Shown piece by piece: positions 1 through 8,085 of a DNA stretch of 29,459 bases. Made by a program: the position numbers and the translations under genes. Source of the DNA: a virus; IMG/VR virus record IMGVR_UViG_3300016476_000088, positions 1-29,459 of that record; one strand, 5' to 3'. The notes below the pieces were generated by a model. It was not told the origin of the DNA, searched no databases, and saw only the letters and a program-made list of their open reading frames with translations. The stretch's first letter is position 1, and each line of letters opens with the position of its first letter.

Positions 1-22
1 ATTCTCGTTAAACCAGTAGCCG
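1..22. repeat. Terminal 22-nt direct repeat, identical to 29438-29459. Most likely the overlap of a circularised or terminally redundant assembly.
   Basis: attctcgttaaaccagtagccg occurs at both window ends. The minus-strand ORF at 1-689 continues in frame into 29437-29386 once one copy is removed. Confidence 0.85.
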
Positions 23-689
23 TAATAACTTTATTATTCTTTATTAGATCATCACTACCACACTCTGGACAACTGCCCCTATCTTCCCCAAATATTACTC
101 CATAATGTGTTTTAGGTTCAATATGCTGACTTAATGCCTTAAATACCTTTTCAAGTAATACAACATCCTTTTTACAGTATTTAATCATATCCTCCATTGC
201 TTTCTTGTCCTTATGCAATAAAATATCCTTCCATAAACCAAATTCAGTCTTGATCTTTTGACCTATGCCCAAAAAGTCTGCTATGTAATTTAGTCTGTTA
301 GAATTAAATCTAAACTTAGACCTTGCAACCTTTAAAGTATCAATTGTCGTGTATTTAGGGAACATTTCTATTGAATGATAAAGGCATCTGGTTCTAATCC
401 AAGATAAGTCGAATTTATCGCCATTATGCCCGACTAATTCAGTAGCCGTATTTGCCACTTCAATAAACTTTTGGAGCATTGCCTTATCGTTTTGCTTTGC
501 ATCCCAGTTTAAAGAATAGACTTCCTTTTCTTCTTCCCACTTGTAGCAAATGCAGATAATCGCACGTTCTTTGATAATGTTGGAATAGTCGATATTCTTT
601 TTAAATCCAGCTTCCCAGAATAGACCGATGTTAGGCGAAGTTTCAATGTCAAAGAATAGCCTTTTCCTTTGTGTTTTTGTTGTTGCCAT
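1..689 (-). CDS. Stand-alone DEDD 3'-5' exonuclease (RNase H-like, family-B-polymerase-type exo domain) with a C-terminal zinc ribbon. This is the N-terminal 223 codons; the ORF wraps to 29386-29437.
   Basis: Not in the ORF track because it runs off the window edge. My hand translation from the ATG at 689 gives MATTKTQRKRLFFDIETSPN (ExoI), GHNGDKFDLSWI (ExoII), YCKKDV (ExoIII), then CPECG...CKTCN. There is no stop before position 1. Confidence 0.75.
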   Translation of the reverse strand, partial: MATTKTQRKRLFFDIETSPNIGLFWEAGFKKNIDYSNIIKERAIICICYKWEEEKEVYSLNWDAKQNDKAMLQKFIEVANTATELVGHNGDKFDLSWIRTRCLYHSIEMFPKYTTIDTLKVARSKFRFNSNRLNYIADFLGIGQKIKTEFGLWKDILLHKDKKAMEDMIKYCKKDVVLLEKVFKALSQHIEPKTHYGVIFGEDRGSCPECGSDDLIKNNKVITATGLTR

Positions 690-703
690 ATGTTTTTTGT
701 TGG

Positions 704-1306
704 TTATGCAATTGAGTTTAAAATAAGGTCTGCTTCCTCCTCTCTACGCTTGACCAAACCATCGAGTCCTACATTTTCCCAAAGTCTTTTACTTCGTTCT
801 ATTTGATCTGCTATTCCTTCGTAATCTTGTTTGGCAACTAAATCAACTATTGCCCTCATTTCCTTTCTTCTATCCCCTTCTAATTTATTGCCTCTATTAT
901 ATATCATCGAAACCAGCGCGCCCCTTGTATCTTCATTTAACGTGTCGAGTTCTGGGTATATTGCCTTAGTTAGTTTATAATATTTAGGAATTGACTTATT
1001 AACGAACACATCGTATGCAAAATTGTATGGAATCCTAACTTGTAGTATTTCGCCTCTCATCATCGGTTTAACCGCTTCGCCTTTTATTCCGATAACCTTT
1101 CTTAGTGCGTGTAAGAAATTTAAATTCAAGCCATCCCAATCGCTAAAGAATTGTTTTTCAGTTACATAACCGCAATCGTAGCCAATCCCAATCGTACAAC
1201 CAGAATCGCCACCTGCCCATATAGGCTTTTGGTATTTCTTGTCATAGACTTGCCTACCGCCAATCTCGTGCTTGATTATCATTTCTATTGCCTTCTTGGA
1301 GATCAT
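704..1306 (-). CDS. Endolysin, lysozyme-like (T4-lysozyme/GH24-like superfamily)
   Basis: KHEIGG...TIGIGYD, ALVSMIYNRG and GLVKRREEEADL resemble the lysozyme motifs EG..TiGyG, aL.s..fN.G and gL..RR..E. It is the last gene of a cluster of membrane proteins. Confidence 0.7.
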   Translation of the reverse strand: MISKKAIEMIIKHEIGGRQVYDKKYQKPIWAGGDSGCTIGIGYDCGYVTEKQFFSDWDGLNLNFLHALRKVIGIKGEAVKPMMRGEILQVRIPYNFAYDVFVNKSIPKYYKLTKAIYPELDTLNEDTRGALVSMIYNRGNKLEGDRRKEMRAIVDLVAKQDYEGIADQIERSKRLWENVGLDGLVKRREEEADLILNSIA

Positions 1307-1389
1307 AACATTACATTTATGAAATAAACCATACTAATTACCCAAAAAAGTAACCCAATACCTAAAGCGTTTCTTTCGTTGTTTTTCAT
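1303..1389 (-). CDS. 28-aa single-TM peptide in the lysis cassette
   Basis: Hand-translated as MKNNERNALGIGLLFWVISMVYFINVML. It has ATGA overlaps with both the upstream gene (1386-1389) and the downstream gene (1303-1306). It is below the track's length cut-off. Confidence 0.45.
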   Translation of the reverse strand: MKNNERNALGIGLLFWVISMVYFINVML

Positions 1390-1589
1390 TTGTTAGACCA
1401 TTTATCTATTGAAGCAAATCCCATACAAGCACAAACCAACCAAAAAACAAGGTCAGCTAAATGCTCATTAATATTTGCCTTAAATACGAATGTGCCGAAT
1501 AAACATAAAGCGCCTATTGTCGCAATAACTCTCTTATGGCTTATTGCTCCATTCTCACCAGCCAACATATTAAAAATAAACTGCTTCAT
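1386..1589 (-). CDS. Holin-like protein with two predicted TM helices
   Basis: Hydrophobic segments VIATIGALCLFGTFVF and LADLVFWLVCACMGFASI with a charged C-terminus. It lies just upstream of the lysozyme. Confidence 0.55.
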   Translation of the reverse strand: MKQFIFNMLAGENGAISHKRVIATIGALCLFGTFVFKANINEHLADLVFWLVCACMGFASIDKWSNK

Positions 1590-1590
1590 A

Positions 1591-2124
1591 TTAAAACTTT
1601 TTATAGTAACCTAAAGAATATCCGTTCATTGTAGCATTTGCCGTAAATAAGGTGTTTTTAGCCGTTTTAAATGCAATTGAACCTCCTATACCAATTCTTC
1701 CGTTATAGTGGTTTAAATCGCCTATAAACCCCAAATAGAGTTCATTTTTAGGCTTTCGATCATTAAAAATCGTTTTATAGATCACTTTTTCGTTTATTTG
1801 AGCCATAAACGACCTGCCAATGATTGAATTATTACTGATTGTGTCTTGAATGTATGCGTATCCTAACGAATCAATGCGCATAGTGTCCGAATAGACCTTT
1901 ACTTGGTTGTAGTCTTTAACGATTTCTACTGTGTCCGTAAATTCTATAAAGAATGTGTCTAAAACGACAAAAGGGATTGATTCCCCTTTAATATATTTAG
2001 TGAATGTTTTTTCTTGGTAAACTGTGTCCGTTACCACTATTGGATCGACTTTAGTCGAAGTTGCGTCATCAAAGATGAAAAAGATAAGAACCGCTATTAA
2101 CAAGACGATTACAAAATCTTTCAT
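1591..2124 (-). CDS. N-terminally membrane-anchored, beta-rich lysis-cassette protein (spanin-like candidate)
   Basis: N-terminus MKDFVIVLLIAVLIFFIF is a signal anchor with no lipobox Cys. The C-terminus ...ATMNGYSLGYYKKF ends in Phe with alternating aromatic residues. It sits between two small TM proteins. Confidence 0.4.
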   Translation of the reverse strand: MKDFVIVLLIAVLIFFIFDDATSTKVDPIVVTDTVYQEKTFTKYIKGESIPFVVLDTFFIEFTDTVEIVKDYNQVKVYSDTMRIDSLGYAYIQDTISNNSIIGRSFMAQINEKVIYKTIFNDRKPKNELYLGFIGDLNHYNGRIGIGGSIAFKTAKNTLFTANATMNGYSLGYYKKF

Positions 2125-2297
2125 TACTTAAATCTTTTGGCAGCCTTAATGTAATACCTAATGGCAAAAATACCAGAAATAATAGCAATCAAACTCGCTA
2201 TCAAAGAAACTATGGGTTGTACGTTTACAACACTAATAAATGCGGATGTTCCGCTAACGATAGTTAATAAGTCCGAATGATTGCTATTATGTACCAT
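2124..2297 (-). CDS. 57-aa single-TM protein (holin/antiholin-like)
   Basis: Hand-translated as MVHNSNHSDLLTIVSGTSAFISVVNVQPIVSLIASLIAIISGIFAIRYYIKAAKRFK. It has TAATG overlaps at both ends (2297 and 2124). Confidence 0.5.
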   Translation of the reverse strand: MVHNSNHSDLLTIVSGTSAFISVVNVQPIVSLIASLIAIISGIFAIRYYIKAAKRFK

Positions 2298-2440
2298 TAC
2301 GCTTCTTTTTCTTCTGTTTGTGAATTTTGCTCTTGCGCAATCTTACCCAAAAACTGCAATAACGGAAGTCCGTAAGCAGTAGGGATTGTTTGAATAAAAG
2401 CCTCTAAATCCTTTACTTGTTGTTCTGTTAGTTGTAACAT
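2297..2440 (-). CDS. 47-aa hypothetical protein
   Basis: Hand-translated as MLQLTEQQVKDLEAFIQTIPTAYGLPLLQFLGKIAQEQNSQTEEKEA. Its stop overlaps the next ATG (TAATG). It fills an otherwise empty gap on the coding strand. Confidence 0.4.
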   Translation of the reverse strand: MLQLTEQQVKDLEAFIQTIPTAYGLPLLQFLGKIAQEQNSQTEEKEA

Positions 2441-2478
2441 ATGTTTATAGGTTTATACAAATATAGTTAATTCCTTAT

Positions 2479-2793
2479 TTATTCAGCAATTATTTCTTCT
2501 GGAGCTGGTGGAACTGGTGGAACATAATCTCCAGTTATAGTCAAATTAAGTTGAGTTGCTACCCAATCCCAAGCGTATGAGTCTACTTCCCATTGTGCAT
2601 ATGCTTCTCCAGTCATTGTTAAATTACCTTGTGCTACTTGAACATCTAAATTACCATCTTCTTTTAATGTCTGTAAAGAATAGTAAAAAGTTGCACTTGT
2701 GCCTAAAGTTACATTTACTGCATAAGCGTTTAATACTTTAGCTTCTAATACTTGTCCATTATCCCAAATTGATACTGGTTGAATTGTTTTCAT
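2479..2793 (-). CDS. Hypothetical small structural or fibre-associated protein with a Pro-rich C-terminus
   Basis: ORF-track protein on the coding strand, located after the fibre genes. I recognised no motif. Confidence 0.4.
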   Translation of the reverse strand: MKTIQPVSIWDNGQVLEAKVLNAYAVNVTLGTSATFYYSLQTLKEDGNLDVQVAQGNLTMTGEAYAQWEVDSYAWDWVATQLNLTITGDYVPPVPPAPEEIIAE

Positions 2794-2810
2794 TTTATTT
2801 TATTTTATTT

Positions 2811-3428
2811 TTAAATTGGAGTATAAGTTCCAGTTGGAGATGTACTATATGCTAATCTTAAAGTTGTACCACTTCCAAATCCGTCAATTTTATCTATTGT
2901 AATATTGTTTGAACTATTATTAGGTATTGCAAAAATACCAGCAGGTACACTTGGAACTGGACCAGTTACGTTAGAGTAAATATCTTGACCATAAGAAGTG
3001 ATAACTGCACCGCTAATTCTAATATATTGAGAACCTAAATACATAGTATCGTTATTAACTACACCGCTATTTAAACCAGCACTATTAAATAATAACTTTA
3101 CATAAACAGTGTATGAGTTATAATTGTATAAAGTACCAATTGCAGAAGCATTACCACTTGTAACTGGATATAAACCGCTTGATACAGTAAACACAACACC
3201 AGCAGAAGGAGCAGTTAAATCCGCCTTATAAACTAACTGATTTGATGCCTTAGAAGCATACCCAGCGTTTGATGTATTTATATTAACGTACGTATTAGCA
3301 TCTGTCTTAGTAATACATTCATTAGAAGCAGGAATAGAAGTCTTAGCAGTAAATACTCCAGTATTAACCGCATCTTGAAGATTGTTAAAGGTAACTGTTT
3401 GATTACTTGCTAATGTACTCCAAGGCAT
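2811..3428 (-). CDS. Hypothetical tail-fibre-associated protein (possible distal receptor-binding or accessory protein)
   Basis: Translationally coupled (TAATG at 3428) to the 1311-aa fibre gene. Its Ser/Thr/Asn/Gly-rich composition is typical of fibre tips. Confidence 0.4.
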   Translation of the reverse strand: MPWSTLASNQTVTFNNLQDAVNTGVFTAKTSIPASNECITKTDANTYVNINTSNAGYASKASNQLVYKADLTAPSAGVVFTVSSGLYPVTSGNASAIGTLYNYNSYTVYVKLLFNSAGLNSGVVNNDTMYLGSQYIRISGAVITSYGQDIYSNVTGPVPSVPAGIFAIPNNSSNNITIDKIDGFGSGTTLRLAYSTSPTGTYTPI

Positions 3429-6400
3429 TATAATAGTTTTTTAATAAGTTCTTCTAATTCTGCTATTCTATTTTCAAGACTTGCAATCTTAGCAGTATGA
3501 ACTTGAGTATAAGACAAATTTAAGAAACCATCATTACCTTCCGTTACTGCACTTGGCAAAATTTCTTGTAAATCTTGTGCGTAGTAACCTAATTCCTCTT
3601 TGTCATATTTAACGTACAATTTAGGCTTAATTGATTCAATTCCTTTGATTGTAGGGTTGTCTGTTATTTCTTTCTTTAAACGCTTATCTGAACTTTCAAA
3701 GAATGCAGTTGCGGTAATAGATACAGTAGACACAACAGATGTTAAATTAAATCTTATTACTTCTGTATTTGCAACATAAAAAGCGTGTCTACCACTATTA
3801 CTACCGCTTGTATGATATTGTAAGTCATAAGCTGGTCCAGCCGTAAATCCTTGAATAGTTGAACCACTATTAAAAATAAATAGTTTTACCCCAGCATCTG
3901 TATAACCAGTTGAATATTCGTTAGGGAACCTTATTGTAGTAAATCCACTTGAAAGAGCAGATTGACCACTTGAACTTCCTCCTGCTAAAATTACATTGCC
4001 ATTAACTTGTAACCTACCTAACCCATTGTCCGTTCTTGTACCTATTAATACATTATTACCTTGTGAGTTTAAAGATAAAGGTCTACCACCCCAAGTTTGA
4101 ATCCATCCGTCAACACCATTTTCAAAACCCATTGAAAATTTATCAATACCTCCACTTGCTGGAGAAGCACTACCATTAAAAGCAATAATACCCCCACTTG
4201 TTATACGCATTCTTTCGGTAGAAGATGTACCAAATATTGCGTTACCATTAGCATAATTATAGAAGTATGAATCAGTCCCAATTTCTCCCAACATTAACCC
4301 TTTATCGCCTCCACTTGTAGTTGTTGTGTTAGTTATATTTATTCTACTATCAGTACCATTGTTTCTGTAAAATTCAGAAGCATAGTTAGCAGAAGAAGAT
4401 ACAGTTAATGCGTTATTTGGCGAAGTTGTTCCGATTCCTACATTGCCACCAAAATAAGTTATACCACCATTAGGTTGTATTTCTAATCTTACCTCTGTCG
4501 CTGAACTTCCCCATTTTACTGCATCCAACTGCATTGAAGTTGTACCACCTTGAACAAATCGTATAGCAGCGTCTGTACTTACTCCATTACCAAACAACCA
4601 CCTACCAGCTAATCCATCAGCTTGTCCTAAATAAGAACCATTAATTTGAAAATTAGTACCAGCCGTTACACTACTTGAGAATGTAGCAGCACCAGTAGAG
4701 GCGATTGTAAGTCTTGTAGCACCAGCAGTAGTAGAAGTAGTACCAGTTAAAAATAATAAACTACCAGCTTCGTGAGCAATAATGCTTCCAGTATTACCAG
4801 TTGTTGCTAAAAATCTTAACGCTGGGTAATCGGTTGCACCTAAATTTAAAGCGTATTTCCAACCACCATAACCAGCGACAGATTGAAAAATATCATTTTT
4901 TGCATAAGGAGTATCAGTACCAATTCCTACGTTGCCAGAAGTTGCTATTGTTACCGCCCTTGTTGAGTTAGGCCAGAAGCTAATAGGCACACCAGAAGCT
5001 CCATATAATAATACTTCATTAGGTGCAATATCTGCGGAAGCATCTGGAATACCGATATAACCTTTGTAAAAACCAGTTGGATAATAATCGCAACCAGCAC
5101 CATATCCGGTTGTACCAGTACTTATCATCCTCATTGGAGCAGCACCAGAAACATCTAATTTTGAAACTGGGTTACTTGTTCCTATTCCTACATTACCAGA
5201 AACTGATATTCGCATCTTTTCTCCATCCGAGGTATTAAATACTAAAGGATGTGCAGACTGTGAACCAATAACTACTGCATCCCTAAATGATGGGTTTCCA
5301 ACAGTTGAACCACCTATACCAAAGTATCCAATTGCAGTTGTCATAGCACCACTCATTATAATACTATTATATGAAGTAGTTGCAGTTAATGGTTGATAAA
5401 ATCTTGTATTATAAGTATTGTTAGATGAAAAAACATCTAAAGCATAAAGGCTACCTGCGGGGTTATTAATAGCTACATATCCTCCATTATCATTAATAGA
5501 ACTATTCCCTATTGTAGAAGCAGCAGTAAATTTAGGTAAATAGTTTGTAGTACCAGTTCCAGTTACTGGATTAGTTAAAGCGTTTTGCTTATTGTTAAAA
5601 GTATTCCAATCAGTAGAACTTAAATATCCACTCGTAGTACTATTTGCTAAAGATATTGAAATAACATTTGAAGATATGCTTAATGGGCTTGAAGCACTTG
5701 TTATTCTATTAGTATATGCAGTATCCCAGTTTGATTGTGATGCCGTAGTAGGTATAGAATATCCAGCGGTAAAAGTAACCGCTAAAGTACCAGAACTTGT
5801 AATTGGAGAGCCAGTAACAGTTAATCCAGTTGGTACTGACATTCCCACACTCGTAACAGTCCCTAATGGATTTGATGCCCAAGATAATGTAGAACCATCT
5901 GTTGTTAAAAATTTACCAGCATTACCAGTTTGTGTTGGGAAATTAGCTACCCAAGTATATGCATCATCCCAATTGCTTTGCTTTACGTTTGTAGGCAAAG
6001 AATATCCAGATGCAAAACCTAAAGCCAATGTACCACTTGAAGTTATAGGATTACCGCTTACACTAAATCCAGTCGGAACAGATAAATCAACACTGGTAAC
6101 AGTTCCAACACTCCAGCTTCTATCTGCACTTAAATCGTAAGCAGTTCCATTTATAGTTAAACTTCTCGTTGTAGGTACTGGAGTATATCCCAAAGCAGTA
6201 GGTATGCTCTTATTCTTCCATAGGCTTGTTGCACTATCCCAAAATATACCTTCGTTATTAGATACGCTTGTAATTGAAACATCGTGTAATTCTTCTAACT
6301 CATATCCGTTTTGAATCTTTACAAATATAGAACCATTACCACCAGCTTTCTTAATCACATAACCGATTAAAACTAAGTTAGCTGGAGCAGTAGGCTTAAC

Positions 6401-7363
6401 GTTGGTAAATGTACCAGCAGTCGCACCTAAATAAAGAGCATCCCCTTCATTGAACGCTAAAGTATTTAATCCGTTTACCATTCCACTTATCGTAACAAAA
6501 CCATCAGATCCGTGAGGAATTGTTTCAGTTACGACACCAAAAGTTACGCTTGAAGTTGATTCTAAAGTATTTGAAGCTAAAGCAACCGAAGGTAATTGAC
6601 CAGTTGAACCAGTTACATAAACCACTTGACCATCTGTTAAAGTTGATCCAGTACCATTATGAATTAATGCTCTTTGTTCTTGACCTATTTGTAAGGTAGT
6701 ATCTCCATCGCCATCTATTAATTGTAGCGTTCTATATTCACTATCCCAAGACAAAGTACCAACAGTTGTAGGCACACTTGAAGGAGTTAAGTTAAATTGA
6801 CTGTAATCAGCTTTTATTCCGTAAGTACCTAAGTCTACATTCCCAGTTGCGCCAGTATAAGGCACTAAACCGTTTAAAAAACTTGTAGTTGGTATAGTAT
6901 ATCCACTTGCTAAAGATAAAGCCAAAGTACCGCTTGTAGTGATCGGATTGCCACTTATAGCTAACCCAGTTGGTACAGTCATATCTACCGAAGTAACTGT
7001 TCCGTTTTGACCATTTGATTTTTGCCAAGTACCGCTCCCGTATAAAACCCAATCTCCTATGTTAAAGCTAATTGGACCAGCACCAAAGTCTACTGTTCCA
7101 GCTACGTTACACAAATACATATCTCCAGCATCGCCAACACCATTTGTCAAAGTAGGCGTGTTAGTAGCAGCGTTCCAAGTTCCCAAATAAGTTACAACCG
7201 AAGCTGGTAATTGAGAAACTGGGACTTTACCACTTGAATCTAACGTAGCGACACCATTTGCTCCGCCTAAAGGTACTGAATCGACAACCCCAGCAGTTCC
7301 AGTAAGGACACCATTAAGATTACGAACTTTAGCACCAGATGTTATAACTATTTGATTTGACAT
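3428..7363 (-). CDS. Tail fibre protein with a C-terminal intramolecular chaperone (peptidase S74) autoprocessing domain
   Basis: - N-terminus GGANGVATLDSSGKVPVSQLP...YLGTWNAATNTP is a widespread fibre motif.
- Three repeats of 45-50 aa begin GTVTSV..VPTG..SG.PITSSGTLA.
- Several (E)RMRI..SGNVGIGT..P motifs are present.
- C-terminus SSDKRLKKEI...LGYYAQDLQEILPSAV...IASLENRIAELEELI matches the S74 signature (Ser of SD at 3689-3691). Confidence 0.85.
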   Translation of the reverse strand: MSNQIVITSGAKVRNLNGVLTGTAGVVDSVPLGGANGVATLDSSGKVPVSQLPASVVTYLGTWNAATNTPTLTNGVGDAGDMYLCNVAGTVDFGAGPISFNIGDWVLYGSGTWQKSNGQNGTVTSVDMTVPTGLAISGNPITTSGTLALSLASGYTIPTTSFLNGLVPYTGATGNVDLGTYGIKADYSQFNLTPSSVPTTVGTLSWDSEYRTLQLIDGDGDTTLQIGQEQRALIHNGTGSTLTDGQVVYVTGSTGQLPSVALASNTLESTSSVTFGVVTETIPHGSDGFVTISGMVNGLNTLAFNEGDALYLGATAGTFTNVKPTAPANLVLIGYVIKKAGGNGSIFVKIQNGYELEELHDVSITSVSNNEGIFWDSATSLWKNKSIPTALGYTPVPTTRSLTINGTAYDLSADRSWSVGTVTSVDLSVPTGFSVSGNPITSSGTLALGFASGYSLPTNVKQSNWDDAYTWVANFPTQTGNAGKFLTTDGSTLSWASNPLGTVTSVGMSVPTGLTVTGSPITSSGTLAVTFTAGYSIPTTASQSNWDTAYTNRITSASSPLSISSNVISISLANSTTSGYLSSTDWNTFNNKQNALTNPVTGTGTTNYLPKFTAASTIGNSSINDNGGYVAINNPAGSLYALDVFSSNNTYNTRFYQPLTATTSYNSIIMSGAMTTAIGYFGIGGSTVGNPSFRDAVVIGSQSAHPLVFNTSDGEKMRISVSGNVGIGTSNPVSKLDVSGAAPMRMISTGTTGYGAGCDYYPTGFYKGYIGIPDASADIAPNEVLLYGASGVPISFWPNSTRAVTIATSGNVGIGTDTPYAKNDIFQSVAGYGGWKYALNLGATDYPALRFLATTGNTGSIIAHEAGSLLFLTGTTSTTAGATRLTIASTGAATFSSSVTAGTNFQINGSYLGQADGLAGRWLFGNGVSTDAAIRFVQGGTTSMQLDAVKWGSSATEVRLEIQPNGGITYFGGNVGIGTTSPNNALTVSSSANYASEFYRNNGTDSRINITNTTTTSGGDKGLMLGEIGTDSYFYNYANGNAIFGTSSTERMRITSGGIIAFNGSASPASGGIDKFSMGFENGVDGWIQTWGGRPLSLNSQGNNVLIGTRTDNGLGRLQVNGNVILAGGSSSGQSALSSGFTTIRFPNEYSTGYTDAGVKLFIFNSGSTIQGFTAGPAYDLQYHTSGSNSGRHAFYVANTEVIRFNLTSVVSTVSITATAFFESSDKRLKKEITDNPTIKGIESIKPKLYVKYDKEELGYYAQDLQEILPSAVTEGNDGFLNLSYTQVHTAKIASLENRIAELEELIKKLL
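5714..5863 (-). repeat. Fibre protein repeat 3 (aa 501-550, GTVTSVGMSVPTGLTVTGSPITSSGTLAVTFTAGYSIPTTASQSNWDTAY)
   Basis: Protein-level repeat. The DNA copies have diverged. Confidence 0.8.
5957..6106 (-). repeat. Fibre protein repeat 2 (aa 420-469, GTVTSVDLSVPTGFSVSGNPITSSGTLALGFASGYSLPTNVKQSNWDDAY)
   Basis: Protein-level repeat. The DNA copies have diverged. Confidence 0.8.
6875..7003 (-). repeat. Fibre protein repeat 1 (aa 121-163, GTVTSVDMTVPTGLAISGNPITTSGTLALSLASGYTIPTT)
   Basis: Protein-level repeat seen directly in the translation. Confidence 0.8.
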
Positions 7364-7375
7364 ATATTTTATTTT

Positions 7376-8068
7376 TTATTGAAGCAATGCTCTTACGAAC
7401 TCCCCTGCTTCTAATGCTCTACTAAATGTTAAAACCCCAGTTGATGAAACCCACTTCACTTCTTCATCAATTGGAGTGCCAGTTGTTATAATTGTTTGAA
7501 CATCAATACCACCCCTTGAAACATACAAGCAAGAATAACCAATTGCATCTACCCAAGTTATTGTTGTTTCTCCACCTATTGCCGTATATCCTTTGCTCTT
7601 AACTGGGTTTGCACCAACTATAATTACTCCTTCTGGGTTCACTGTTGTTCCAGTTATATTATAAGCACCAGTACCTTGTAGGCTCACGTTGTAAGTCGCT
7701 ACATCTTTGTATGGCGCATTGATAGCTATGTTAGTAATATTTGCCGTTCCGCTTATAATAGACAAGCCATCAACTCCGTTATCAACAACGAACTTAATTT
7801 CTATTGGCTCACGTGCCAACTGTTTTTCAAGCATAAATAAGTATGAAAATCCAGTCAAAGTGATTAAACCATCACAAGATAAAGTCCAACTGGCAACATC
7901 GTTCTTATATTCACGAAACCAAGCGCTTGATTGAGAAGTAACCTCTTTTTGGTCTACAACAACATCAAACGTACAATTTGTACTACAAGCAAATTCGACA
8001 TCGACCTCTGGATCTACGTCTGTTCTATGCCAATATAAAACCACATTTTTTCCTATTACTGCTGCCAT
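7376..8068 (-). CDS. Tail/baseplate structural protein. The N-terminal half looks tail-tube/Dit-fold-like.
   Basis: Located between the 735-aa tail protein and the fibre. The N-terminal pattern (GKNVVLY...FACSTN...VTSQSS...SWTLSCDG) parallels the major tail protein (GRDYILL...VACLTSN...ATSKCG...TIECEG). Confidence 0.45.
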   Translation of the reverse strand: MAAVIGKNVVLYWHRTDVDPEVDVEFACSTNCTFDVVVDQKEVTSQSSAWFREYKNDVASWTLSCDGLITLTGFSYLFMLEKQLAREPIEIKFVVDNGVDGLSIISGTANITNIAINAPYKDVATYNVSLQGTGAYNITGTTVNPEGVIIVGANPVKSKGYTAIGGETTITWVDAIGYSCLYVSRGGIDVQTIITTGTPIDEEVKWVSSTGVLTFSRALEAGEFVRALLQ

Positions 8069-8085
8069 ATTACAAATTTAACAAA

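Noticed and set aside
1-22. The terminal 22-nt repeat as a genuine DTR or cos end
   Set aside because: The repeat lies in the middle of an ORF that is continuous across the junction, and its length is typical of an assembler k-mer overlap. The physical ends cannot be inferred from the sequence alone.
5592-6140. 182-aa plus-strand ORF
   Set aside because: It lies entirely antisense to the repeat region of the 1311-aa fibre gene. The fibre gene has strong recognisable motifs in its own frame. This is a typical shadow ORF in low-stop antisense frames.
5714-7003. Repeat-spacer-like periodicity that could suggest a CRISPR array or the variable and template repeats of a diversity-generating retroelement
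   Set aside because: The repeats are in-frame protein repeats whose DNA has diverged at all base types. There is no reverse transcriptase, no adenine-specific mismatch pattern, and no short identical direct repeats separated by unique spacers.
6807-7052. Alternative-frame minus-strand ORFs nested in larger genes: 6807-7052, 12179-12382, 12584-12820 and 17412-17603
   Set aside because: They are out of frame inside the fibre, chaperone, major tail and MuF-like genes respectively. Their sequences are Lys/Arg/Leu-rich nonsense-like strings with no independent support.
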